NCBI RefSeq assembly: GCF_009914755.1
Contig: NC_060934.1
Strand: one strand, 5' to 3'
Source of the DNA: the human T2T-CHM13v2.0 reference genome, Homo sapiens
DNA: 64,000 bases
Below the pieces are notes generated by a model. It saw nothing but the letters and a program-made list of their open reading frames with translations, did not search any database and had not been told where the DNA came from. This document shows, piece by piece, positions 39,012 to 52,647 of the stretch (positions within the stretch are counted from its first letter, which is position 1; every line of letters begins with the position of its first letter). Made by a program: the position numbers and the translations under genes.

Positions 39012-41275
39012 TACTGTAGCCCTGCAATATAGTTTGAAGTCAGGTAATGTGATGCCTCCAGCTGTGTTCTTTTTGCTTAGGGTTGCCTTGGCCATTCGGG
39101 CTCTTTTTTGGTTCCATATGAATTTTAAAATAGTTTTTTCTAGTTCTGTGAAGAATGTCATTGGTAGCTTAATAAAAATAGCATTGAATCTGTACACTGC
39201 TTTGGGCAGTATGGTCATTTTAATAAGATTGATTCTTCCTATCTGTGAGCATGAGATTTTTAAAAATTTGTTTTTGTCTTACCTGATTTCTTTCAGCAGT
39301 GCTTTGTAATTCTCACTGCAGAGATCTTTCACCTCCCTGGTTAGCTGTATTCCTAGATATTTTTTCATTTTTGCAGCAATTGTGAATGAGATTGCCTTCC
39401 TGATTTGTTTCTCGGCTTGGTTTCTTCTTGTTGTTTGTGTACAGGAATGCTGGTGATTTTTCTACATTGATTTTGTATCCTGAAACTTTGCTGAAGTTGT
39501 TTATCAGCTGAAGGAGCTTTTGGGTCGAGACTATGGGTTTTTCTAGATATAGAATCATGTCATCTGCAAATAGGGATAGTCTGATATCCTCTCTTCCTAT
39601 TTGGATATGCTTTATTTCTTTATTTTGCCTGATTGCTCTGGCTAAGACTTCCAATAATACTTGAATAGGATTGGTGAAAGAAGGCATTCTTGTCACGTGT
39701 TGGTTTTCAAAAGGAATTCTTCCAGCTTTTGCCCATTTAGTATGATGTTGCCTGTTAGTTTGTCACATATGGCTCTTATTATTTTGAGTTGTGTTCCAAA
39801 ACATCATGGTGCTGGTACAAAAACAGGCACATAGACCAATGGAACAGATAGAGAGCCTAGAAATAAGACTGCACACTTACAACCATCTGATCTTCAACAA
39901 AGCTGACAAAAACAAGCAATGGGGAAAAGACTCCCTATTCAATAAATGGTACTTGGATAAGTGGCTAGCCATATGCAGAAGATTGAAGGTAGACCCCTTC
40001 CTTGCACCATATACCAAAATCAACTCAAGATGGATTAAAGACTTACATATAAAACCCAAAACTATAAAAAACCCTGGGAGACAACCTAGGCAATATTATC
40101 CTGTACATAGGAATGGGCAAAGATTTCATGACAAAGCACCTCACAACAAAAACAAAAATTGACAAATAAGATCTAATTAAACTTAAGAGCTTCTGCACAG
40201 CAAAAGAAACTATCAGCAGAGTAAACAGACAACCTACAGGATGGCAGAAAATATTTGCATATTATGCATCTGACAAAGGTCTAATATCCAGCATCTATAA
40301 GAAACTTAAACAAGTTTATAAGCAAAAAACAAACAACCCCATTAAAAAGGGGGCAAAGGACATGAACACTTCTCAAAAGAAGACATACGTGCAACCAACA
40401 AGCATATGAAGAAAAGCTCAATATCACTGATCATTAGAGAAATGCAAATAAAAACCACAACGAGATACTGTCTCACAACAATCAGAATAGCATTATTAAA
40501 AATTCAAAAAAATAACAGATACTGGTGAGGTTGTGGAGAAAAGGGACCACTTATACACTGTTGATGAAAGTGTAAGTTAGTTCAACCATTGTGGAAAGCA
40601 GTATGGCGATTCTTCAAAGAAAGAGCTAAAAACAGAATTACCATTCAACTCAGGAATCCCATTACTGGGTATATGCCCAGAGGAATATAAATCATTCCAC
40701 CATAAAGACACATGCACAAGAATGTTCATTGCAGCACTGTTCACAATAGCAAAGACATGGAATCAACCTAAATGCCCATCAATGACAGACTGGATAAAGA
40801 AAATGTGGTACATATATACCATAGAAGACTACGCAGCCATAAGAAGAGTGATACCATGTCTTTTTCAGGAACATGGATGAAGCTGGAGGCTATTATCCTT
40901 GGCAAACTAACACAGGAACAGAAAACCAAATGCGGCATGTTCTCATTTCTAAGTGGGACCCACATGATGAGAACTCACAAACACGAAGAAGGGAACAACA
41001 GATGCTGGGGTCTCCTTGAGGGTGGAAGATGGAAGGAGGAAGAGGAGCAGAAAAAATAACTTTTGGGTACTGGGCTTAATACCTGCAGTTGAAATCATCA
41101 GTACAAAAAAGCCCTGTGACATGAATTTACATATATATATAATATATATATAATATAAAATATTTTTATTTTATAAATATTTATTATTATATAAATATAC
41201 ATAATATAAAAATATATATATAAAACAAACTTGCATATGTGCCCCTGAACCTAGAATTAAAGTTAAAAAGAAAAA
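39012..41275 (+). mobile_element. 5'-inverted (twin-primed) L1PA, about PA13-PA16
   Basis: 39012-39795 antisense ORF2; 39796-41275 sense ORF2, 3'UTR and A tail; TSD AAGTTTT(G/A)GTATGTT at 38997-39011 and 41276-41290. Confidence 0.92.
41131..41222. repeat. AT-rich microsatellite expansion within the L1PA 3'UTR
   Basis: About 90 bp of almost pure A/T between GAATTTAC and AACAAACTTGC. Confidence 0.9.
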
Positions 41276-42967
41276 AAGTTTTAGTATGTTATGTTTTATT
41301 TTCATTTGTCCCAAGACATTTTCTAATTTCCCTTGGGGTTTCTTCTTTGACTCACTGGTTTCTATGAGTATATTGCTGAATTTCTACATATCTGTGGATT
41401 TTCCAGCTTTCCTCATGCTATTGATTTCTGGTTTCATTCCAGTGTGATCAGAATCAGAATTGCATAATTTTAATATTTTCTAATTTCTAAAAATGTGCTT
41501 TGTATCCTAAGATATGATCTATCTTAGAGAATGTTTCATGTATACTTGAGAAAAATGTGTATTCTGCTCTTGTTGGTTGGGGCTGTTCTATTATTTTAGT
41601 TAGTCAATAGCGGTGTTCTATTTCCTTATTTTTCTGATTTTCTCTATTTCCTAATTTTTTCTATCCGGTTGTTCCATCCATTATTAAAAAGGAGATATGT
41701 AAGTATCCTACTATTATTGTAGCACTGTTTCTCCCTTTCATTCTGTCAATGTTTGCTTCATATATTTAGGTGCTCTGGTGTCTGCCGCATATATGGTTAT
41801 AACTGTTATATCTTCTTTATGACTTGACCCTTTTATTGTTTGTTATATAATGACTGCGTTTTTCTCTTTTGACAAGTTCTTACTTAAAGTCTATTTTGTA
41901 CGAGAGTAGCATAGCTACTCCTGCACTCATTTGGTTCATATTTGTGTACTATACTTTTAAAAGCACAGAATATCTTTTTCTGTCCTTTTACTTACAATCC
42001 ATGCATGTCCTTGGATCCAAAGTGTTTCTCTTGCAGACGGCATATACTTGGCTCCCAGGGTTTGGTTTTTTTTTTTTTTTTTAATCCTTTCTGCCAATTT
42101 ATGTCTTTTGATTGGGAAGTTTAATCTGTTTACATTTAAAGTATTTACTGTTAAGGACTTACTATTATCATTTTGTTGTTTGTTTTCTGTATATCTTGTA
42201 GCTTTTTCATCTCTCATTTCCGTCCTTACTTCCTTCCTTTGTGTTTAGTTCATTTTTTATAGTGACATGCTTTCATTCCCTTCTCATTTCCTTTTGTGTA
42301 TATTCTATAGTTTTGTGTGTACAGTTACCATGGAGATTATATATAATATTGTAAAATTACAACAATTTATTTTAAACCGATACCAACTTAACTTCAATCA
42401 AATACAAAACTCTACTCCTTTAAAGCTCTACTCCTACCCTTTTTATTAATGCCACAAATTATATCTCTGTTACTACATCTTTGTCACAAATTACATATAT
42501 TGTGAGCCAACTAACAGTTATTTGTATTTATTTTTATACTTTTGTCTTTCAATTCCTGTAGAATAAACAGTGAAGAACAAAAATTACAATACTGGTAATA
42601 CTAGAATATATATACTTTTACTGTTTACCTTTATATTTTGGTATGACTTTGAGTTACCATCTGGCATCCTTTCATTTCAACTCGAAAGTCTCACTTTGGC
42701 ATTTCTTATAGGGCAGCTGTAGTCGTAAAGAACTTCTTTAGCTTGTGTATCTGCATATGTCATAGTATCTCCCTCATTTTAAAGAACAGTTTTGCTGGAC
42801 ACAGAATTCTTGGTTGATAGCTTTATTTTTTCTTTCTGAACTTGAATGTATCATCCTGCTGCCTGCTGGATTTTAAGATTTATGCTGATAAATTCACTAA
42901 TAATTTTACTGAGGAGCACTTCTATGCAATAAATTGCTTTTCTCTCTCACTGCTTTTAAGATTCTCT

Positions 42968-44560
42968 CAAGATACAAAATCAACATACAAAAATTAGTTG
43001 TATTTTCATAACAATGAACTGTCCATAATTTAAAATAAGAAAAAAATCCTATTTGCAATAGATCAAAATGAATAAAATATTTAGGATAAATGCAACCAAA
43101 AAGAAAGCAACCTCTATACTGAAAACTATAAAAACAGTGGTGAAAGAAATTGAAGAAGACACAAATAAATGGAGAGATATCCTGTGTTCATGGATTAGAA
43201 GAACTAATATTGTTAAAACATCTATCTAAAGTGATCTACAGATTCATTTGCAAGCCCAATCAAAATTCTAATAGCATTTTTTACTATCTGGAAAGAACTA
43301 ATCCTAATATTTGTATGGAACTGCAAAAGATCCCAAGTAACTAAAGCAATCTTGAGCAAGAAGAACAAAGCAGGAGACACTAGACTCCTGATTTCAAATT
43401 ATATCCAAAGCTATTGTGATCAAAATAGTATGATACTGGCGTAAAAACAGACACACAGATGAATGGAACAGAATAGAAAGCTCAAAAATAAACCCACATA
43501 TATACAGTCAACTCATCTTTGACAAAAGCATCAAGAATACAGAATGAGAAAAGAACAGTCTCTTCTATAAATATTGTTGGGAAAACTGGATATCCAACTG
43601 CAAAAAAAAAGAAAGAAATTGAATCTTAATCTTACATCAGACACAAAAATCAACTCAAAGTGGATTAAAGACTAAGTCTTGAACATAGCACTTGAAACCT
43701 TGGTCTTGGCAATAATTTTTTGGATATACCAATAAAAGCACAGATCTACAAAAGCAAAAATAACCAAATGGAACTATATCAAACTAAAAAGCTTCTGCCA
43801 AGCAAAGGAAACAATCTAAAAAATGAAAAAGCAACCTACAGAATGGGAAAAAAAATTTATAAACCAAACATTCAATAAGAAGTTAATATCCAAAAAATAA
43901 AGAATTCATACAACTTAATAATAATAATAATAATAATAAATACCCCAGTTTAAAATGGACAAGGACACCTGAACTGACATTTTTCCAAAGATATACAAAT
44001 GATCAAGAAGTATATGAAGAGGTACTCAATATCACAAATTATTAGAGAAGTATAAATCAAAACCACAATAAGATATCACAGCACATCTGTTAGGACATAT
44101 ATTGTCAAAAAGACAAGAGGTAACAAGTGTTGGTGAAGATATGGGAAAAAAAGGAAACCTTGTGTACTTTTGATGGGGATATAGATTGGTACAGTCATTA
44201 CAGAAAATGATAGGGAGGCTTCTCAAAAAATTAAAAATAAAACTATCATACAATCCAGTAACTCAAATTCTGGACATATATCCAAAGGAAATGAAATCAG
44301 TATGCTAGGGAGATATCTGCGGCTGCATATTCATCACTGCATTATTCTCAATAGCCAAGATGTGGAAACAACCTGTGTCCATGGGCAGATGAATAGATTT
44401 TTTACTGTAGTATGTATACATAAATAATGGACTATTATTTAGCCTTAAAGAAAGAGAATTCTGTCATTTGTAACAAGCTTACCATAATGTTCTCACTTCA
44501 CATAATGTCCAGGTTTGTGATGGACATTATACCTCAAAAAAGTTGGGAAAAAATAATAAA
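42968..44560 (+). mobile_element. L1MA9/10-like 3' fragment nested in ORF1 of the host L1
   Basis: Sense ORF2 (GATACAAAATCAACATACAAAAATTAG...) ending TTATACCTCAAAAAAGTTGGGAAAAAA; host resumes at GTCTTTGGTTTCAGAC. Confidence 0.8.
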
Positions 44561-45020
44561 TTAATAGATAGTCTTTGGTTTCAGACTTTTTTATTACGGT
44601 ATGTCTCTTTGTGGGGTCTTTATGAGTTTATTATTCTTGGAGTTCATTGAGTTTCTTGTATTTGTACATCCATTTCTTTCCTTATATTTGAGGAGTTTTT
44701 AGCCTTTATTTTTTCAAATAAGCTCTCTTCCCCTTTCTCTTTCTCTTACCTTCTGCAACACCTATAATGTGTATATTGGTCCACCTGATCTTGTCCCATA
44801 GGTCTTTCACGCTGTGTTCACTTTTCTTCATTCTTTTTCTTCTTGCCCCTCAGACTCAACAATTTCAAATGATCTATCTTTAGGTTAGCTGATTCTTCTG
44901 CCTGTTCAAGTTTATTGTTATAACCTTCTAGCGAATTTTTCAGTTCAGTTATTGTATTTTTCAGCTCCATAATTTCTGTTTGGTTCTTTTTATAATTACT
45001 TTTTTAAAAAAATATATTCT

Positions 45021-45320
45021 GGCCAGGCATGGTGGCTCATGCCTGTAATCCCTACACTTTGGGAAGCTGAGGCAGGAGGATTGCTTGAGTCTAGGAATTC
45101 AAGACCAGCCTGGGCAACATAGCCAGGCCTTGTCTCTACAAAAATAAAAATACAAAAATTAGCTGGACATGGTGGCATGTGCCTGTAGTTCAAGCTATTT
45201 GGGAGGCTGAGGTGGGAGGTCACTAGAGCCTGGGATGTCAAGGCTGCAGTGAGCCATGAATATCACTGCACTCAGGGCAACAGAGTGAGACTCTATCTCA
45301 AAAAAACAAACAAACAAAAA
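45021..45320 (+). mobile_element. AluJ-like element
   Basis: GGATTGCTTGAGTCTAGG and CAAGGCTGCAGTGAGCCATG are J-type; (CAAA)n tail. Confidence 0.93.
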
Positions 45321-47721
45321 TTCTCACTATGTTTATGTATCATTTTCCAGATTTCCTAATGTTCTTTTCCATGTTTTCCTTTAACTGTCTGAGTTTCTTT
45401 AAGACATCTGTTTAAAGTCTTTGGCAAGTTGATTTACTGTGTTTCTTTAAGGTCAGTCTGAAGGTTTATTTTCTTTCTTTGATGAGTCACATTTCCTTTT
45501 TTTTTTTTTTTTTTGTATGCCTTGTGATATTTTGTTGAATATTGAGCATTTGAGAAGGCATCAATCTCTCTCTCTTTAGAGTCTGACCTTGTATGTGGGA
45601 AGACCTTCACTAATCACCTGAAGTGAAGGATTAAAGTCTTTCCAGTCTTTTTCTGGGTATGTGTCTTGTGCATGTGTTTTGGCCATGTGTGTGTTTGTTT
45701 GGGGGTTGGTGTTTGTTTGCTTTTTGCAATTCCTCTGGATACACAGCTGCTTTTAAACATTTTAGTTTCTCTAAGAGCCTTACTTCTGTTTCTTCCAGGG
45801 ACCTAGATGTCCTGTTGCATTTTTCTGCCTGAGTCTCTTTTCAGTCTATGGTCACATGAGGTCTATAGTCCTCACACAGTTTTCACACACCACAGTGCCA
45901 CCACTGCCTTCTGTGGCTACCAATGTGAGATATGAACTATGCAGCCCTTCCCTTCTGAGCTCCAAGTCAGGAAATACAGAAACCAGGCCTTCAGGGAGCC
46001 CACACGCAGCGTAGTCACTGCAAACAAGCTCCGCTCTCCTTCTTCCAACCTGAGGGAAGAAGTAGGAATTGACTCGGTTTTTCCCCACTGCACGGCACTA
46101 CGCCAAGGAGGTGGTGAGAAAAGGGTAAGAAAAAAGGTCACAAAATTCCCTACCACTTTGCATATGGCTTCTGGCTTTTTCTTGACTGGGAATTCATTTG
46201 TTTGCTGCAGACCCTTGACAGCAGCAAGAATCCAGAGCTTTCCAGAGCCCCCAAAAAGCCATCTTGGTCAGTTTGATGTTTCTGTGGAAGACAAGACCCT
46301 GGAGCTTCCAATTCCCATCATTTTGCAAAAACCATCGATTTTTAAACTAAGAATCAATGTTGACTTTTGAAGGCACTACCATCACACTTCAGAGTACGAT
46401 GACTTTTTTAAATGTACATACCTAAAAAATGATAACATAGACAAAGAAATATAAAAAATTAAAAATATAAGTGGATCCACTCAATCAGTAGATGATGCTC
46501 ATGTTGACCATCCTGCCGTGGTGGTCACTGGCCCTTCTCACAGATCACAATGCCACACAAGAAATGCTGCTTCCATGAGTGGGCTGGGGGAGACCAGACA
46601 CAGCCAGCACAGACACCAGCCGCACACACCATGTGCTTTTTCCAAGAGTACATTTGTGACCCATTCTTTAAGTTTCCTATTCCATTAAGATTGAACGTTT
46701 GCTAAATTAAGAGCCACGTGCATTTTAATGGGCCATAACAGCAAGTAATTGGATGTTTATACCTGTGTTTATATCAGGAGATCAGCAGCAGCACAGCGGT
46801 CAAAATCATGACTTGAGAAAACAAAGTTTCTACCCTTAAAATTGGTTTTACAACTTTATCATCAAATTGCATCTTTCTTTTATTTCCTGCAGGCCTTTCT
46901 CACACAGAACTTAAGATACCACAGGTGTTCTAATAAAATGAATTTTGAACCTCCTGTATTTCATTATGTGAAAATGGCTTTCTAGCTGCCTACTCTAATT
47001 AAGGAAATAACGTATTAAATAGATGTCTTTAAGCAAACCCGACTGTATTACCTGTGACTAACCTCACACAGAAATAGCCAAAATACATTACCTATACAAA
47101 AGTTGATAGTTCAAAATCGTCCAAATGCCAATTATGCACCTGTTTGGCTCATTGTTAGTAATTTTATGTAGCATTAGATTTGCTATTCTTAGCTTACAAC
47201 CTATTAAGCCTGATAAAATTGAAATATGGGCTCTCTGGGTCATAAATGAATATCAAGTACTCTCAGACAAATGAAATGCTCAGAATAGAAATATTTACTG
47301 CACTTTAGTGAGAGGTTTTCATAAAATTTCTCCAGCTGCAATTGCTATTCTTTGTAATGGAGCGTGCCGAAACCTACCTGACTGAGCTGCATGTTCTGTG
47401 AAATGCAATCATTCTTGACAACAGGTAATGAACAGAGTTTTCACCCCCAAATCAAAGAAGCTACAGCATCCAGAAACCCCCCAGCACCACTGGAATGGAC
47501 ACGTATTTTATGGATGTAGTCTGAAGGCAGAAAGTCAGCCACATTTAACAAAGCTCAAGCGTATCGCCCACCTGGGCCCAGGGCTCTACTGCCTGTTTGC
47601 TCCTGGGAAGAAGTGGGGGCACTTTTCTCACCGAAAAGCTGCAAGGTGATACCTTTATCTAAGGGTTGAGGATGAGGACCAGGGCAAGGGGTGGTCCCGC
47701 ACACCAGAGTGGTGGCGCTGA

Positions 47722-48050
<329 letters not shown>

Positions 48051-50334
48051 GAGATGTCGCTTTTATTTCCCACGCCCTGTTCGGGCCCCACTGTGCACAG
48101 AATTAGGAAACCAAGAGCCCGCATGAGTGTATAGGGTGTGGCAGCCAGTGTGAGGACTCTCTGGAAGCAAGGAAGAGGGACAGGGAACAAACAAGTCTCA
48201 CTTTCCTCCCTCCCTCCATCTGCAGTGACCAATTCATCCTGGTTTGCCTAAGACCCTCTGGTGTTAGCCCCAAAAGCTCCACGTCCCAGGAAGCCCCTCG
48301 GTCCCAGGCACACTGGGATGGTGGGTCACCCCGTCTGATCCCCGTCTGATCCCCACCGAGGCTTCCCCATCATCTGACCCCAGCTGGGAGCAGAGGGCAG
48401 AGAGCCCAGGGAGGGGGTCCCCCACGCTCAGCCTCCGGGCACAGGCCACATGGGAAAAGGGACAGAGGCAAACGCAGTCATCCTCGAGATCACTTTACCT
48501 TTTAGGCAATACCCCAGACACACTGGAAAGGACAGAGAACGAACACACGGGTCCACACCCTCCACCCAGATTAACACATTTTAACCTTCTCCCATGCTGT
48601 TTTCATATGACATCATCAAACCATGCTTTATCAAAACACTATTTATCATGAAATATTTCTACATACCTGAAAACCTCCTTAGAATCCCCTCCATTCTCAG
48701 AAATAGCAACTATGCTGAAATCAGTCCCATTCCTGACCTGTTTGCTGTTTATTGTTTTATAATAGGTACTGTGTATTCATAAGCTATAGGGTAGTATGGC
48801 TTTGAGTATTTTTAAGTCTTATGTTTCATGTTGCATAGACTATTCTGTGAAGACTTTTCTGCTCCATAGCATTCTGGAGAATTCTACATCTTGGCACATA
48901 TAACTTACATCCATTCACTTCATGAATAGTAAGTCCACGTATAACAAAATGATATTCCTGTCAAAAAATGTGCTATCTGCGTCCAATCACAAAATAATGT
49001 TAGAAAAAACCCAAATAGAGCAAGGACCATCTTACAAAATAAACGGCCTGCGTATTTTGAAATAGATAATGTTATACAAGGGACTCGTACATATGTACAA
49101 AATGTACATATGCACAAAATGTACGTATGCATTCCACCTTGTTAGTGACTTAAGTAACTTCCAGTTCCTTGCCATCAGCCATTGCTACAGGAAGAGTCTG
49201 ATTTATGAACCCTTGTGTGCATGTGCTGGGGACTCTCAGAGAAGTGCTGAAACTGAGCAGACGGGTCTCAAGTAGGGGCACAGCACACCTGCATCTGTAT
49301 AACAGGAACAAATGCCCCTGTGATAGGGCCACATGTACCCCCAAGTTTTTCTAAATGAAGAATACGAAATGAGATCTCTGTATATTTAATCTGCTCACGT
49401 TTATTTTATTTCATTTACATTTTATTTTGAAATAACCTCAGACAATACAAAGTTGTCAAACCAATACACAGAATTTGTGTTCACCTTCATTCAGATTCCC
49501 CAGAATTTTACTTTTTATCATATTTGATCCATTATTTTCTCTCTCCACATATACTTTTTCTGAACCCCTTGAGAATAAATTTTTAAATAATGCTATTTCA
49601 CCTGTAAATACTCCAGTATGTATCTCCTAAAATCAAAGTATATTTTCTTATGTAACCACAGCAGGGTTATCAAAATCAGGAGATTGGCGTCGAGGCAGTA
49701 TTAGTATCTAGCCTACAAGATCTTATTCAAAATTTTCCAGTTGTCACATTAATGCTCTTTATAGCAAAAGAAAGCAATTCTGGTCTCCCACGCTGCATCC
49801 CGTGTGGGTCCTTGTTCTGCCTCTTTAGTTTCTTTAAACGAAGAACATTTCCTCAGTCTTCCTTTGCTCTTCATGGCCTTGATATTTCAAAATATGCATG
49901 CCATTTATTTTGTAAGATGGTCTTTGCTCTATTTGGGTTTGCCTAATGTCACTTTGTGATTAGACACAGATAATGCATTTTGGGCAGAAATGCCAGAAAA
50001 GTGGAGCTGTGGCCTTCTCCATGCATTGAATCAAGAGGCACAGGCTGTCGGTGTGTCCTTGTGCTGGCAATGTGATCTTTGGTCACTGTAAAGCTATTGT
50101 GTTTCCTTCATGCCTAATAAATATTTTGTGGAGAGGTCCTTTGAGACTATGTAAATACTCTGTTTTTCCATCAGACGCTTACCCAATAGTTGTGGCATCT
50201 ATTGGTGACCATTGCCTGAAGCAATTACTAATATGATGGTTGACAAGCAATGATTTTCTATTCCATCACTCACTCCCACCTCTACTAATAGGATTCTACT
50301 AACAGGAAGGGCTTTCTCTTCTCCCTCATTTCTG

Positions 50335-50337
<3 letters not shown>

Positions 50338-50364
<27 letters not shown>
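50338..50364. repeat. (TG)n microsatellite
   Basis: About 13 TG units. Confidence 0.95.
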
Positions 50365-50365
<1 letters not shown>

Positions 50366-50735
50366 TCTATACAATTTCATTGATTCTTTTCTATGAGTTA
50401 TATTCTATGACTGTCATTACTTGTTTGATACTCCATTCCATATCCAGTGGCCAGTGGGAGTCCCTTGGAGCTGACTCCCATGTCTTTTTGGCATGTTCTT
50501 TTATTCTTTGAGTGTGTTCTTGCTTTTCACCACAGAAAGCTATTCTGGGATTGTCTTGTGCTCACCCAGCCTAATTCTAATTGAGAAAATTCTACAGAAA
50601 TTAGTTTTTCTGGTTCCTTCTAGTAAGGAATTGTATTATATATAAAGAGATATAGATATATATACACAACTGTGCATATAGATATAAAGATATAAAATAT
50701 AGTATATACACACATATATAGATATGTATATATAT

Positions 50736-51067
50736 GTATAAGTTAAAACTATCATAAGTTTAATACACATTTAATACACATTTAGTACACCTAACCTACA
50801 GAATATCATAGCCTGGTCTAGCCCACCTTACACATGCTCAGAACACTTACATTAGCCCACAGTTGGGCAACATCATGTAACCCAAAGCCTATTTTATAAT
50901 CAAGTGTTGAATACCTCATGTAATTTACTGAATACTGTACGGAGAGTGGAAAACAGAATGGTTGTGTGGGTACTCAGCATGGTTTCTACTGAATGTGTAT
51001 TGCTTTCACAACATTGTAAAATCGAAAAATCATGAGTTGAACCACTGTAAATTGAGGACTGTCCGTA
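50736..51067. mobile_element. Tigger4 (MER46/Zombi-type) DNA transposon fragment
   Basis: ACACCTAACCTACAGAATATCATAGC...GCTCAGAACACTTACATTAGCCCACAGTTGGGCAA...GAACCACTGTAAATTGAGGACTGTCCGTA. Confidence 0.8.
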
Positions 51068-52300
51068 TATAATGTGTGTGGATACGTACACACACAATTC
51101 ATCTGCATCCACTCCTATCTATGTATCTATCACCATTAATTCACACCAACACCTCTAATTCCAACACAGCACTGCATTGTTAACTCCAGAGCTCCCCTGT
51201 CCTGATTCCTCCGACAATAAGAAACCCACTACTGTATTCACAATGTATTTATTTATTTGTTCAATTCCATAAGGAATATGCAATACCTTCAGAATTGCTA
51301 ATGAATACCACTGTGTATTTGTTTACAGTCCTTTTTGCTTTTAACCTGAGGGTAGAAAGTCAAAACACTGTGTTTAAGAGACGCTTGGGATAGGTCCCTC
51401 TTCTTCATTGTGATTGTATTTTTAATTTGAACCACAGTTGGGTTTATTTTGTTTGTTTGTTTATCCATTGTAGCAGATGAGCAGTGGTATTACTAATTTG
51501 TACTAATTAATAATTTGTCTTAATTTGTGTTGACTTACTAATTATGGGAGCATCATTCACATGCCTGATGGACATCACATGTTTGGACCTGTTCAAATCC
51601 TTGTCCGATTATTTGAGGTTGTTTTATTCTTGTTATTGAGTTGTAAGCATTCTTACAGATTCTATACACAATATCTCTATCAGGCATGTTTTGAAAACTT
51701 TCTCCTCGTCTGTGGCTTGCCTTTTCATTGTTCTCGCTAGAGTATTTTTAATAGAAAAAGTTTTATTTTTGATGACGTCTATTTTACCAATTTCTTTTGC
51801 ATTTCTGGTGTATACGCCTTGTGTTCAATATAAGAAATCTCTGCCTAACCCCAAAATCACAACTTTTTTCCTATAGTTTTTTCAAAAACTTTTAATTTAG
51901 ATCTATGATCCATTTTGAGTTAAATTTTGTACATGGTATAAGGTAAGCACTGAGAGTCAATGTGTTTATATAGGTAACCAATTTTTCATAAGTATTTGTT
52001 GAAAAGAATATTCTTTCTCAATTGAACTACCTTGGTACCTCTGCATAAAATCATTCTGCCGTACATGTGTGGTTCTATTTCTGGAGTCTATCCTGTTCTA
52101 CTTATCTCTGTGGCTTTTCTTATGCTAATACCATACTGCACAGGTTTATAAAGTTTCATAGGGAGTTTTTATTTCAGCTACTGTTATTCATCAAATTTGC
52201 TCTTTTTCAAAATTGTTAGGCTCTCCTAGGTCCCTTACATTTCCATATAAATGTTTGTCTCAGCTTGAAAATGTCCACAGAAGCTGACCCAGCACCCCAG

Positions 52301-52647
52301 TGTATTAGTTCATTTTTACTTTGCTGATAAAGACATACCCGAGACTGGGCAATTAAAAAAAAAAAACAGAATTTTATTGGACTTATAGTTCCACGTGGCT
52401 GGGGATGCTTCACAATCATGGTGGAAGGTGAAAGGCACATCTCACATGGTGGCAGACAAGAGAAGAGAGTTTGTGCAGGGAAACTCCTCTTTTTAAAATT
52501 ATCAGATCTTGTGAGACCTCCTCACCACCATGAGAACAGCATGGAAAAGACCCGACCCCATGATTCAATCATCTCCCACTGGGTCCCTCCCACAACACGT
52601 GGGAATTATGGGAGCTACAAGATGAGATGTGGGTGAGGACCATATCA
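52301..52647 (-). mobile_element. THE1 (THE1A-like) MaLR solo LTR
   Basis: TGTATTAG...GCTGATAAAGACATACCCGAGACTGGG...CCATATCA; perfect TSD CCCAG at 52296-52300 and 52648-52652. Confidence 0.93.

Larger units (their letters stand above)
35735..46325 (-). mobile_element. Near full-length old L1M (L1MB-like) hosting nested insertions
   Basis: Antisense 3'UTR at ~35.75 kb, ORF2 to ~42.3 kb, ORF1 at ~42.7-45.5 kb, 5'-end-like CCTGGAGCTTCC...CATTTTG at ~46.3 kb; sequence resumes in register across each insertion. Confidence 0.8.
48560..52280 (-). mobile_element. Patchwork of degraded old L1M (MC/ME-like) fragments
   Basis: Antisense L1 motifs such as AGATCTATGATCCATTTTGAGTTAAATTTTGTACATGGTATAAGG; individual boundaries not resolved. 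Confidence 0.6.

Noticed and set aside
38349-41059. ORFs resembling L1 ORF2p
   Set aside because: Frameshifted fragments of dead L1 copies
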